This document shows positions 36,662-45,414 of a DNA stretch of 62,430 nucleotides, one piece after another (the first letter of the stretch is position 1; the number at the start of each line of letters is the position of its first letter). The stretch spans positions 1 through 62,430 of the forward strand of contig DAOWLE010000005.1 of assembly GCA_030643545.1 (NCBI GenBank), read 5' to 3'. The position numbers were made by a program, and so were the translations under genes. The notes beneath the pieces were generated by a model, which saw nothing but the letters and a program-made list of their open reading frames with translations, did not search any database and was not told where the DNA came from. The DNA comes from a bacterium. GTDB lineage: Bacteria > Patescibacteriota > Minisyncoccia > JAHIHE01 > DAOWLE01.

Positions 36662-37423
36662 ATGTCGCTCGTAGAGATGTATAGCTCTTACCCCTCCGAG
36701 ATAAAGAGAAATCTGAACTCATCTCGGAGTTCAGGAAACTATTATTTCCTGATGGGAGAAACGATAGACCGCTGGGGACTAAACAATGCCCCTTATGAGC
36801 CGACATTTTCAGTGCGAAGTAAGAAATACTACCGCATTGAAATTCGGAGACGGCTGTTGCGAGAGTTGTATATCGCCGAAATACAGGGGCTTCCCGTCCC
36901 AGTGCCTCGGACAGGTGACGCTGAAGAATTCATCAGGGAGTTCAAAGATCCGGTGATGCTCGCAGTCGGCAACTGCGCTGTAGGACCGAGCGATCTGCGC
37001 GAAGGACTTCATCGGTTTGATGAGGTTTTCGTTTTCGATGCTACGGAAACGGAAGAGGACTGGAGAACAAGGCACGATGCTATGGAAACAGCGAAAGCTG
37101 CGATGGAGTGGATAGGTTCTGAAGATTCGCAAGGCGGATTGTCGTGGACATACGGAAAATTGCGAGAAGGCTCACTGGCACACCAGAAACTTGAACAAAA
37201 AAGGGACGGAGTTCTCTTTAATCACGAAATCGTGTTCGAGTTTGAGGATGAGTGTCCTCTCGGCGTTCAGTGCGACAATGAAGTACTGTTCTGTAACGCT
37301 TCGGGGAAAAGAATTGAATTCGTGATCTATTCGTATGATCACGATACTGTTCAGCGCCGTCTCACACCAGGTCAAGCAATTTTATTCAGTCATCCTTTCC
37401 CGGATGATGGGGAGGTGGACTGA
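36662..37423 (+). CDS. hypothetical protein B (cassette 1)
   Basis: 253 aa. GAGGAGG RBS inside the end of ORF A, 1-nt gap (coupled). No motif recognised. Confidence 0.55.
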   Translation: MSLVEMYSSYPSEIKRNLNSSRSSGNYYFLMGETIDRWGLNNAPYEPTFSVRSKKYYRIEIRRRLLRELYIAEIQGLPVPVPRTGDAEEFIREFKDPVMLAVGNCAVGPSDLREGLHRFDEVFVFDATETEEDWRTRHDAMETAKAAMEWIGSEDSQGGLSWTYGKLREGSLAHQKLEQKRDGVLFNHEIVFEFEDECPLGVQCDNEVLFCNASGKRIEFVIYSYDHDTVQRRLTPGQAILFSHPFPDDGEVD

Positions 37424-37439
37424 GTAAAGATAGTGGAAT

Positions 37440-37615
37440 AAAAACCCGCAGGAGCAAAAACTTCTCGGGTTGAGGTTTTTTCTTTTCCTTTTGAGAAGAG
37501 AAACCAATAAAAAAGCACATTAAAGATAAAAAAATGAGGAAGGAATAGCATTCGTTTCTTCCTCCTCTATTTTTAAGTCCGCAAATATTTTGTGAATTTA
37601 AAAATGCTCTGAACC
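37440..37615 (+). repeat. cassette 3' trailer repeat, copy 1
   Basis: Aligns with 38287..38455. Three hairpins. A partial third copy lies at ~35960..36000. Confidence 0.8.
37536..37574 (+). terminator. intrinsic terminator of cassette 1
   Basis: GAGGAAGGAA-tagcattcgt-TTCTTCCTCCTC followed by TATTTTT. Confidence 0.65.
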
Positions 37616-37640
37616 GTGAAAGGTTGAGAGTAAAATTAAA

Positions 37641-37885
37641 ATGCACTTTTAAAGGGGAAAGAGAAATAATTGCTTCATTGCTGATTAAAATTATTCTCCT
37701 AATGAATTAAGATTCTAAAATATTTTTTGGAATTTTGGTTCATTATGGAGAATTCCGTAATAGTTGCAAGATTTGTCTATCGAAACAAGGGTGGGTCGCT
37801 TAGATCCATAGGAGAAAAAAAGAAAAATGATAGATGAAAAAACAAACCCGACCGGGGGTAAAACCGGAGAAGTAAGTATTGACAA
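37641..37885 (+). repeat. cassette 5' leader repeat, copy 2 (extends ~60 nt into ORF C)
   Basis: See 36014..36275. Confidence 0.85.
37693..37826 (+). promoter_or_regulatory. candidate translational RNA switch, copy 2
   Basis: AUUCUCCUA (37693-701), decoy (37739-53), SD UAGGAGAA (37809-16). SD-adjacent hairpin TGGGTC-gctta-GATCCA (37792-808) keeps pairing through different bases than copy 1. Confidence 0.5.
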
Positions 37886-38288
37886 GCTACTTAAAGTAGC
37901 TGTTGAAGCAAATAAGGGAGAGAAAGAGAAGTTTGATGCAGGACTTAGCGGAATTAAGACCTGCATGAAAATAATAGCCGCGACGACAAATGACTATTAT
38001 CAAAAGACTGACTTTTACACGGAAAGTAGAATCCATGCAAAAGTTAATGTGAATAGTCTTAAGCAACCATCTTTTGGATATTATCCCAAGGGAATTGTTG
38101 ACGGAGATCTTTCTCTTACAAGTAGAGACGGAAAAGTAATCTTCGTCTTTCAAGAGGGAAGTCGCGGAAATGCAAAAAAGGCATGCTGGGGGATTCCAGT
38201 CGAAAAGCTGGATTGCATCCTTGCTTGCAATTTCCTAAAATTTAAAGAGATGATTATAGAATATCTCCAAATTTTGGGAAATCAGTAA
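37827..38288 (+). CDS. hypothetical protein C (cassette 2)
   Basis: 153 aa. AGGAGA 11 nt upstream. Shares M-[VI]-D...GG-[EK]-TG-..-SI with ORF A and then diverges. Confidence 0.5.
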   Translation: MIDEKTNPTGGKTGEVSIDKLLKVAVEANKGEKEKFDAGLSGIKTCMKIIAATTNDYYQKTDFYTESRIHAKVNVNSLKQPSFGYYPKGIVDGDLSLTSRDGKVIFVFQEGSRGNAKKACWGIPVEKLDCILACNFLKFKEMIIEYLQILGNQ

Positions 38289-38455
38289 AACCCGCAGGGT
38301 TCACCCCTCGATTAAGGTTTTCTTCTTTCCTCTTTGGAAAGAGAAACCAATAATAGCACATTAAATTAAAAAAATGAGGAAGGAAAAAGAGCACTCTCTT
38401 TTCCTTCCTCCTCTATTTTTAAGTTTATAAATTTTATTTTGTTGATTTAAAAATA
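38287..38455 (+). repeat. cassette 3' trailer repeat, copy 2
   Basis: See 37440..37615. Confidence 0.8.
38376..38420 (+). terminator. intrinsic terminator of cassette 2
   Basis: GAGGAAGGAAAAGAG-cac-TCTCTTTTCCTTCCTC followed by CTCTATTTTT. Confidence 0.7.
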
Positions 38456-38493
38456 CCCCGCATTAAATAATGCGAGGTGAAATAAAGAAAGAA

Positions 38494-38619
38494 GCCAGAA
38501 GCGCTTTTAGTCCCGCTCTTTTTAATCTCTCTCTGCTTCCATTAAAGAAAATAAGGTAAATTTATTTTATCAAAATTTTTTAACGGAAATTAAAAGGGCG
38601 GGGCAGAAGCGCTTTTGGC
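38494..38619. repeat. 22-23-nt inverted (and direct) repeat pair around an ~80-nt AT-rich spacer
   Basis: GCCAGAAGCGCTTTTAGTCCCGC ... GCGGGGCAGAAGCGCTTTTGGC. The core AAGCGCTT is itself palindromic. Confidence 0.6.
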
Positions 38620-38625
38620 TTTTTT

Positions 38626-38660
38626 AAAAAAAGGCGAGGATATATATCCTCGCCTTTTTT
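38626..38660. terminator. bidirectional terminator (rpsR operon / cassette array)
   Basis: AAAAAAA-GGCGAGGATA|TATCCTCGCC-TTTTTT. Confidence 0.8.
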
Positions 38661-38682
38661 AAGTTGAAATAATAAAATAGGC

Positions 38683-38895
38683 CTATCTCGAAACAAACGG
38701 CAAAAGAGCCATTCGCCGGGCGCGTTTGATAGCTTGAGAAAGTTTTCGCTGATGTTTTGCGCAAGTGCCTGTTCTCCTCACCGGCAGAATTTTCGCGCGC
38801 GGGCTGATAAATTTCCTCAAAAGCGAAACATTTTTATAATCTATATCTTCAATTTTCTCCTGGCAAAAAAAGCAGGATCTTTTTATTTGTTGCAT
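38683..38895 (-). CDS. rpsR: 30S ribosomal protein S18
   Basis: CFFC..IDYKN..LL.KFIS.RAKI.P.R.TG.CAKHQR. Confidence 0.92.
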   Translation of the reverse strand: MQQIKRSCFFCQEKIEDIDYKNVSLLRKFISPRAKILPVRRTGTCAKHQRKLSQAIKRARRMALLPFVSR

Positions 38896-38912
38896 AATAT
38901 AAAATTAAAAAA

Positions 38913-39425
38913 TTAAAAAGGTATATCTTCTACTTTAATTTCATCTTTATCTTCCGGACTTGCAGAAGGTTCTTCCACTTGGATAATCGGAACCTCTTCT
39001 TTATTTTCTTCCGGTTTGGCTGGATTGTTTGCCGGCTTGTTTGAAAAATTTGAAGGGCCTGAAGGCGCTGGAGCGTATCCGCCGCCGCCTTCACCTCTTG
39101 GCCTTTGTCCCATCTGCATATTTTCCATAATAATTTCAGTTCTGTTTCTGCGGACTCCGTCCTGTCCTTCCCAATTTCTTGTTTCAATTCTTCCGTCAAT
39201 ATAAACTTCCTGGCCTTTAGTCAAATACTGCCCGCAAATTTCTCCAAGTTTTCCCCAAGCGACAATATTATGAAATTCTGTTTTCTCCTGTTTCTCGCCT
39301 TCAGCGTTTTTCCATGTCGTATTGTTTGCAATGCTAAAAGAAGTAACTTGCTTCCCGGAAGTTGTTGTTCTGACTTCCGGATCCCGGGTCAATCTCCCGA
39401 TAAGAATTGCTTTGTTAAGATTCAT
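38913..39425 (-). CDS. ssb: single-stranded DNA-binding protein
   Basis: OB-fold N-terminus LIGRLTRDPE, G/P-rich linker, acidic tail ending DIPF. Confidence 0.92.
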   Translation of the reverse strand: MNLNKAILIGRLTRDPEVRTTTSGKQVTSFSIANNTTWKNAEGEKQEKTEFHNIVAWGKLGEICGQYLTKGQEVYIDGRIETRNWEGQDGVRRNRTEIIMENMQMGQRPRGEGGGGYAPAPSGPSNFSNKPANNPAKPEENKEEVPIIQVEEPSASPEDKDEIKVEDIPF

Positions 39426-39446
39426 AAATTTAATTTTATCTAATTT

Positions 39447-40094
39447 TTAAATATCTAAAATTTTATCTAATTTTTCCTGAATATCTTCTAACTTTATTTT
39501 TTTCTTCTTTTTGGCTTTTGGCTTGTCTTCGCCTTCTGATTTTTCAGATTCGTCTTCCTGCGCATCCTCTGAAACTGGCTCTGAAATTTCTTCCGTTTTT
39601 TCTTCTGTCTTATCTTTTAATTCTTCTTTTTCTATTTCATCTGGAAGCAATATTTCTTTCTTGATTTTTCTTTCCCTTATTTTTTTTGGTTTTCTGGTTT
39701 CTTTCTTAACAATCAAGTATCGTAAAACTATTTCTTCAAGCCGCAATTTGTCTTCTAAAATTTCAATCTTAAGCGGTTCAAGTTCAAAGTCAATTGTCGC
39801 GTAATAAGCGTTCTTAACTTGCCCGATCGGATAAGCTAATTTTTTTCTGGTAAAAAATTGTTCGCTTTTATTTTCTTGCTTCTGAACATTTTGCCTGTCT
39901 TCATCCTGATTTTGCTTTTTGGCATTTTCTTTTCTGTCCCTGCCAAACATCTCAAAATCAGCGACGCTTTTTAATGTTTCGCTTATCTTGCCCTCATTTT
40001 TTTTAATCAGTTCTAATATTTCATTATGAATCGCTTCAAGTTTATTTTTTTCTATATCAGAGCTGATTATATAAGTAAGTTCGTATTTAGCCAT
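39447..40094 (-). CDS. rpsF: 30S ribosomal protein S6 with long charged insertion and C-terminal extension
   Basis: MAKYELTYII start. First gene of the rpsF-ssb-rpsR arrangement. 215 aa. Confidence 0.8.
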   Translation of the reverse strand: MAKYELTYIISSDIEKNKLEAIHNEILELIKKNEGKISETLKSVADFEMFGRDRKENAKKQNQDEDRQNVQKQENKSEQFFTRKKLAYPIGQVKNAYYATIDFELEPLKIEILEDKLRLEEIVLRYLIVKKETRKPKKIRERKIKKEILLPDEIEKEELKDKTEEKTEEISEPVSEDAQEDESEKSEGEDKPKAKKKKKIKLEDIQEKLDKILDI

Positions 40095-40168
40095 AATTAT
40101 AATGCAAATAATACAAATAAATGCTAATGATGCAAATATGTTAATGCTGTTTGTTCTGATTATTTAAA

Positions 40169-40197
40169 AGTATATCAAATCTCTTTTTATCTGTCAA
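40169..40197 (-). promoter_or_regulatory. candidate rpsF operon promoter (TTGACA-17-TATACT)
   Basis: Read directly on the minus strand. Confidence 0.5.
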
Positions 40198-40227
40198 ATA
40201 TAACTTGTATAATTTATTAAATCTTTT

Positions 40228-41763
40228 TTACATCCCGTCTCTTTCTTCTTTTCTCCTGTACTGAATCGCTTCGGCGAGGTGTTGAACCTGGATATTTTCT
40301 TCTTTGGATAAATCAGCGATTGTTCTGGCTAATTTTAAAATCCGGTGATAAGCCCGAGCTGAAAGCAAAAGCTGGTTGACCGCGTTTTTTAAAATTTCCT
40401 GCCCTTTGTTGTCAATCTGGCAAAAATCTTTAATCACTTGAGGGTTCATTTCCGCGTTAGCGGAGATTTTTAATTTCTTAAATCTTTTTTCCTGGATTTT
40501 TCTCGCTTCCTGAACTCGCTTTTGAATATCGTCTGACGATTCCGATACTTTTTCCGAAGAAAGTTTTTCAAATTTAACGCGAGGCACTTCAACACAAAGA
40601 TCAATCCTGTCCAAAAGAGGGCCGGAAATTCTCTTTTGATAATTTATAATCTGCGAGGGGCTGCATCGGCATTCTTTTTCCGGATCAGTTAAAAATCCGC
40701 ACGGGCAGGGATTCATGCTGGCGATCAAACTGAAATTTGCCGGAAAAGTCAAACTTCCCTGCGCCCGGGAAATAGTTACCGCTCCATTTTCCAACGGCTG
40801 GCGAAGGTTTTCTAAAACATGGCGTGGAAATTCAGGAAGCTCGTCAAGGAAAAGAATTCCGCGATGAGACAAGCTCACTTCTCCCGGTCTTGGAAATTGT
40901 CCGCCGCCGATTAAAGCAATCGCGCTTGCCGAATGATGCGGACTCCTGAACGGCCTTTGTTTTATTAAAGGATTTTCCTGAGGCAGGATTCCGGCAACGC
41001 TGTAAATTTTTGTCACTTCCAAAATTTCTTCTTTAGTCATTTTCGGCAGGATTCCGGGAATCGCTTTTGCCAGCATCGTCTTTCCTGATCCCGGCGGACC
41101 GCTCATTAAAACATTGTGCGAGCCAGCCGCGGCAATCTCCAAAGCGCGCTTGGCATTCTCCTGTCCTTTAATATAAGCCATATCATATTCAGGCAAAATA
41201 TTTTCTTTTGAAAAAAAATCTCCTGTTTTTTTCAAAGGAGAAATTAAAGTCGGTCCAAATAAATGCGAAAGAAGCTGATTTAAATTTTCCACCGGAAAAA
41301 TTTCCAGATTATCAACCAAAGCTGCTTCTTGAGCGTTTGCTTTTGGAAGAAAAATTTTCTTAAAGCCCTTTTGTCTGGCAAATATGCTTATCGGAAGAAT
41401 TCCATGCGTTGGCCGTAGCCTGCCGTCAAGCGACAGCTCTCCGACAAAAAGAGAATCATCTATTATTTCAATCGGTTTTTGTCGCGAAGTCGCTAAAATA
41501 GTTCCTAAAGCGATCGGCAAATCATAAATCGGCCCTTCTTTTTTAATGTCAGCCGGCGCTAAATTAATTGTCAGCCGCGAAGTTGGAAAATGAACGCCGC
41601 TGTTTTTTATCGCTGATCTGACTCTTTCTTTCGCTTCCTGAACAGCCGCGTCAGGCAATCCGACAACAACTGTTGACCCCAATCCGGCGGATACATCAAC
41701 TTCTATTTCAACAAGCTGAGCGTCTAATCCGATCACCGCGCATGATTTTGTTTTAGAAAGCAT
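40228..41763 (-). CDS. comM: YifB/ComM-family Mg-chelatase-like AAA ATPase
   Basis: Walker A GPPGSGKT, LFLDELPEF Walker B, 511 aa. Confidence 0.9.
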   Translation of the reverse strand: MLSKTKSCAVIGLDAQLVEIEVDVSAGLGSTVVVGLPDAAVQEAKERVRSAIKNSGVHFPTSRLTINLAPADIKKEGPIYDLPIALGTILATSRQKPIEIIDDSLFVGELSLDGRLRPTHGILPISIFARQKGFKKIFLPKANAQEAALVDNLEIFPVENLNQLLSHLFGPTLISPLKKTGDFFSKENILPEYDMAYIKGQENAKRALEIAAAGSHNVLMSGPPGSGKTMLAKAIPGILPKMTKEEILEVTKIYSVAGILPQENPLIKQRPFRSPHHSASAIALIGGGQFPRPGEVSLSHRGILFLDELPEFPRHVLENLRQPLENGAVTISRAQGSLTFPANFSLIASMNPCPCGFLTDPEKECRCSPSQIINYQKRISGPLLDRIDLCVEVPRVKFEKLSSEKVSESSDDIQKRVQEARKIQEKRFKKLKISANAEMNPQVIKDFCQIDNKGQEILKNAVNQLLLSARAYHRILKLARTIADLSKEENIQVQHLAEAIQYRRKEERDGM

Positions 41764-41771
41764 ATTTCAGA

Positions 41772-41829
41772 TTTACCCTGTTAAATAATTTTTGCTTTGC
41801 AAAAATTGCTTTGCATTTAACAGGGTAAA
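41772..41829. repeat. 15-bp inverted repeat with nested hairpin between recA and comM
   Basis: TTTACCCTGTTAAAT ... ATTTAACAGGGTAAA enclosing AATTTTTGC-ttt-GCAAAAATT. Confidence 0.7.
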
Positions 41830-41853
41830 AAATTAAAAATGAAAATATTTATG

Positions 41854-42879
41854 TTAATTTTCTTCCTGAGACGCTTTTTTTATTTGATCTAAAATTTCTT
41901 TAGCCGCTTTTGGATTTTCTTTAAAATATTTTTTTGAACCCTCAATTCCCTGTCCAAGTTTTTGGTCTTTCCATGTATACCAGGAGCCGGATTTTTTAAC
42001 TATTCCGTAATTTACCGCCGTGTTAATAATGTCGCCAAGGCGGGAAATTCCTTCATTGTACATAATGTCAAATTCCGCGGTTTTAAACGGAGGAGCAACT
42101 TTATTTTTGACTATTTTAACTTTAACTCTATTGCCGATGCTTTCATCTCCTTGTTTTATCTGGGCCGCGCGCCGCATTTCAATTCTTACCGAAGAATAAA
42201 ATTTCAGCGCTTTTCCGCCGGGAGTTGTTTCCGGATTTCCAAAAACCATTCCGATTTTCAAACGCGTTTGGTTAATAAAAATAACCGCCGTGTTGGTCTT
42301 GCTGACAATGCCGGTTAGTTTTCTAAGCGCCTGGGACATTAAGCGCGCCTGAAGCCCCATATGAACATCACCCATCTCACCTTCAATTTCCGCCCGCGGA
42401 GTCAAAGCAGCGACTGAATCAATAATGACCACGCTCACCGCGCCGGAGCGGACTAATGTTTCAACAATTTCCAAGGCCTGTTCTCCGGTATCCGGCTGGG
42501 AAACTAAAAGTTCATTTGTTTTCACTCCGATTTTTTTGGCGTATTCCGGATCCAAAGCGTGTTCAGCATCAACAAAAGCGGCAACTTTTCCTTTTTTTTG
42601 CGTTTCCGCGGCAATATGCAAACTCAAAGTTGTTTTGCCGCTTGCTTCTCCGCCATAAATTTCAATAACTCTTCCGTGAGGAATTCCGCCAATTCCCAAA
42701 GCCAAGTCCAATGAAATTGAGCCGGTCGGGATAACATCAACATCAACTTTTTTTGTTTCGCCTAATCTCATAATCGCTCCTTCACCGAATTTATCTTTAA
42801 TTTCCATTAACGCTTCATCAATTGATTTTTTGCTCCCGTCTGTATCGCGGGCAGAATTTTTTTCTTCTTGTTTTGACAT
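41854..42879 (-). CDS. recA: recombinase RecA
   Basis: Walker [10 protein letters not shown]. 341 aa. Confidence 0.97.
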   Translation of the reverse strand: MSKQEEKNSARDTDGSKKSIDEALMEIKDKFGEGAIMRLGETKKVDVDVIPTGSISLDLALGIGGIPHGRVIEIYGGEASGKTTLSLHIAAETQKKGKVAAFVDAEHALDPEYAKKIGVKTNELLVSQPDTGEQALEIVETLVRSGAVSVVIIDSVAALTPRAEIEGEMGDVHMGLQARLMSQALRKLTGIVSKTNTAVIFINQTRLKIGMVFGNPETTPGGKALKFYSSVRIEMRRAAQIKQGDESIGNRVKVKIVKNKVAPPFKTAEFDIMYNEGISRLGDIINTAVNYGIVKKSGSWYTWKDQKLGQGIEGSKKYFKENPKAAKEILDQIKKASQEEN

Positions 42880-42897
42880 AATTTTTTTCTCCTTTTT

Positions 42898-42922
42898 AAA
42901 ATTAAATGCTTCTTAATTTTAT
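42898..42922. promoter_or_regulatory. palindrome just upstream of recA RBS (candidate operator)
   Basis: TAAAATTAA-N7-TTAATTTTA. The N7 on the recA sense strand is GAAGCAT. Confidence 0.25.
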
Positions 42923-43011
42923 TTTACCATAATTAAAATTTTACGGCAATTTTTATATTTTGTGTTTGTTGGATATGTGCTATATTTAAATTAGAAAAGA
43001 TATAAAAAAAT

Positions 43012-44286
43012 ATGTTTAAAAAAATAATTCTAAAAAACGGTTTGCGGATAATTATGGCGCCGATGAAAGGCACGGAAACAGCCACTGTTTTGGTTTTGAT
43101 TAAAGCCGGCTCGCGATATGAAAAAGAAAAAGAAAACGGTTTGGCGCATTTTATAGAGCATATGTTCACTAAAGGAACAAAAAAGCGGCCAACTGCTTTA
43201 GATGTTACGAAAAAATTAGACGAGATCGGCGCGAATTATAATCAGTTCATTTCCAAAGAATTTACCGGTTATTACGCAAAAGCGGCAAAAGAACATTTGG
43301 AACTGACAATTAATATTATTTCTGATATGCTGATTAATTCAAAATTTTCCGCCAAAGAAATTGAAAAAGAAAAAGGAGTGATTGTTGAGGAAATAAATAT
43401 GTATGAAGATATGCCGATGTATCTGATCGGCGATCTTTTTGAAAAATTATTATATCCGTCAAATTCTCTCGGCAGGACAATTTTGGGAACAAAAGAAAAT
43501 GTGATGAATTTTCAAAGAAAAGATTTTTTAAATTTTTTCAACAGCCATTATTATGGCGTAAATTCTGCAGTAATTATCGCGGGAAATTTTTCCGAAAAGA
43601 AAATTATCAAACTTGCAGAGAAATATTTTTTGGGAATGAAAAAAAATGTCCGCAATGACGATAAAAAAAATTTTCAATCTAAAAAAATCCAAAAGTATCC
43701 GCAAGTTTTATTAAAATATAAAAAGACAGACCAGTCCCATCTTCATTTGGGATTTAGGGGCTATAATATTTTTCATCCGGACAAATATGTTTTGAATATT
43801 TTAGCCGTGATTTTGGGCGGTTATTTCAGCTCAAGAATCGTCCACTCATTGAGAGAAAAACAAGGACTGGCTTACTATGTTGAAACAGAAGCGGAATATT
43901 ATACTGACACCGGATATTTGGTCACCCGAGCTGGAGTTCCGAATGATAAAGTTGAAAAAGCGATTAAAATTATTTTAAAAGAATATAAGAAAATTATTTC
44001 CGGAAAAATTTCTGAAACGGAAATTCAGCGGGCAAAAAAACATATTAAAGGAAAAACAATAATCGCTTTGGAATCTTCCGGCGAAATGGCAAATTGGATC
44101 GGTTCGCAGGAAATTTTGAAAGAAAAAATTTTGACTTTAAAGCAGATTTTTGCTAAAATTGATAGAGTTAAAAGAAAAGACATTCAAAAAACCGCTAAAG
44201 AAATTTTTGTTCCAAAAAAACTTAATTTGGCTTTAATAGGACCGTTTAAGGATAAAAGAAAATTTGAGAAACTACTTAACATTTAA
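43012..44286 (+). CDS. M16-family (insulinase-like) zinc peptidase
   Basis: HFIEHMFTKGT (HxxEH). Confidence 0.85.
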   Translation: MFKKIILKNGLRIIMAPMKGTETATVLVLIKAGSRYEKEKENGLAHFIEHMFTKGTKKRPTALDVTKKLDEIGANYNQFISKEFTGYYAKAAKEHLELTINIISDMLINSKFSAKEIEKEKGVIVEEINMYEDMPMYLIGDLFEKLLYPSNSLGRTILGTKENVMNFQRKDFLNFFNSHYYGVNSAVIIAGNFSEKKIIKLAEKYFLGMKKNVRNDDKKNFQSKKIQKYPQVLLKYKKTDQSHLHLGFRGYNIFHPDKYVLNILAVILGGYFSSRIVHSLREKQGLAYYVETEAEYYTDTGYLVTRAGVPNDKVEKAIKIILKEYKKIISGKISETEIQRAKKHIKGKTIIALESSGEMANWIGSQEILKEKILTLKQIFAKIDRVKRKDIQKTAKEIFVPKKLNLALIGPFKDKRKFEKLLNI

Positions 44287-44297
44287 TAAAAAAAATT

Positions 44298-45353
44298 ATG
44301 AGTCAACATATTGAAATTTCGTCAAGAACAATTTTTTTGACAGTCCTTGTTATTCTGGGACTAATTCTTTTATTTGTCATCAGAGACATTTTACTGCTTT
44401 TAATTTTATCAGCAGTAATCGCCATTGCTTTTGATCCTCTAATCGAATACTTGCAAAAGCGAAAAATTCCCCGCTTAATCGGGGTTTCCTTGATTTATTT
44501 TGCCTCGCTTTTCTTTTTAGCTTTAACCTGCTTTTTGATTATTCCGCCAGTTATTGAACAAGCAAAACAATTGAGTTCAAATTTTCCTCACTACATGGAT
44601 AAATTTTTGGACAGTTTTGAGTTTCTTAAAAATATTCTTTTGGAGCGTAATTTAATCAGCGCTCAGGAAGAATTTTCTGAAAAAATAATCGGTTTTTTTG
44701 AAAAAGGATATTTTGAAAAAGGAGCAGTCGGACTTTTCACTTTCACTTTAAATGTTTTTAACAGTTTTATTTTTATCGGCACTGCTATTGTTGTTTCTTT
44801 TTTTCTGGCTTTGGAAAAAGGGTCAATTAAAAAATTCATCCAGTTTTTTATTCCGGAAAAGCGACATTTTTTCGCAACGAGATTATTGGATAATCTCAAA
44901 ATAAAAATGGGAAGGTGGATTCTTGGACAGCTATTACTTAGTTTTTTAATCGGCATAACTGTTTTTATCGCGCTTTCTATTCTGGGGGTTCCTTATGCTT
45001 TGCTTTTGGGATTGTTAGCCGGACTTTTGGACATTATTCCTTATCTCGGACCAGTAGCGGCAACAATCCCCGCGGTTTTTATTGGTTTCTTGATTTCACC
45101 TTGGATCGGACTAACTGTTCTCTTGCTTTATGCCGCAGTTCAAATTATTGAAAATTTAGCTGTCCGTCCGATATTATTTTCAAAAACAATCGGGCTAAAT
45201 CCAGTATTGGTGATTGTTTCTTTTATCATCGGCGCAAAATTAGCCGGAATCATTGGAATGCTTTTAGCCATTCCAATGGCAATTGTTTTAATGGAATTTG
45301 TTAAATTAAAAAAAAATAATTTTGATAAAACTGAAAAAAAACCCGATTTTTAA
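44298..45353 (+). CDS. AI-2E (PerM/UPF0118) family transporter
   Basis: 351 aa, ~8 TM helices, typical layout. Confidence 0.75.
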   Translation: MSQHIEISSRTIFLTVLVILGLILLFVIRDILLLLILSAVIAIAFDPLIEYLQKRKIPRLIGVSLIYFASLFFLALTCFLIIPPVIEQAKQLSSNFPHYMDKFLDSFEFLKNILLERNLISAQEEFSEKIIGFFEKGYFEKGAVGLFTFTLNVFNSFIFIGTAIVVSFFLALEKGSIKKFIQFFIPEKRHFFATRLLDNLKIKMGRWILGQLLLSFLIGITVFIALSILGVPYALLLGLLAGLLDIIPYLGPVAATIPAVFIGFLISPWIGLTVLLLYAAVQIIENLAVRPILFSKTIGLNPVLVIVSFIIGAKLAGIIGMLLAIPMAIVLMEFVKLKKNNFDKTEKKPDF

Positions 45354-45414
45354 AAGCTATTAGCATGTTTCTTTTCGTTATATTTTAAAAAAATAAAGAT
45401 AAAATTAGAAAACA

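Noticed and set aside
36462-37646. Minus-strand ORFs 36462..36806, 36809..37132, 37172..37375, 37386..37646 inside the cassette region
   Set aside because: They are antisense shadows of ORFs A and B and of the trailer. They have no RBS and are interrupted at every gene boundary. The plus-strand ORFs have SDs and translational coupling.
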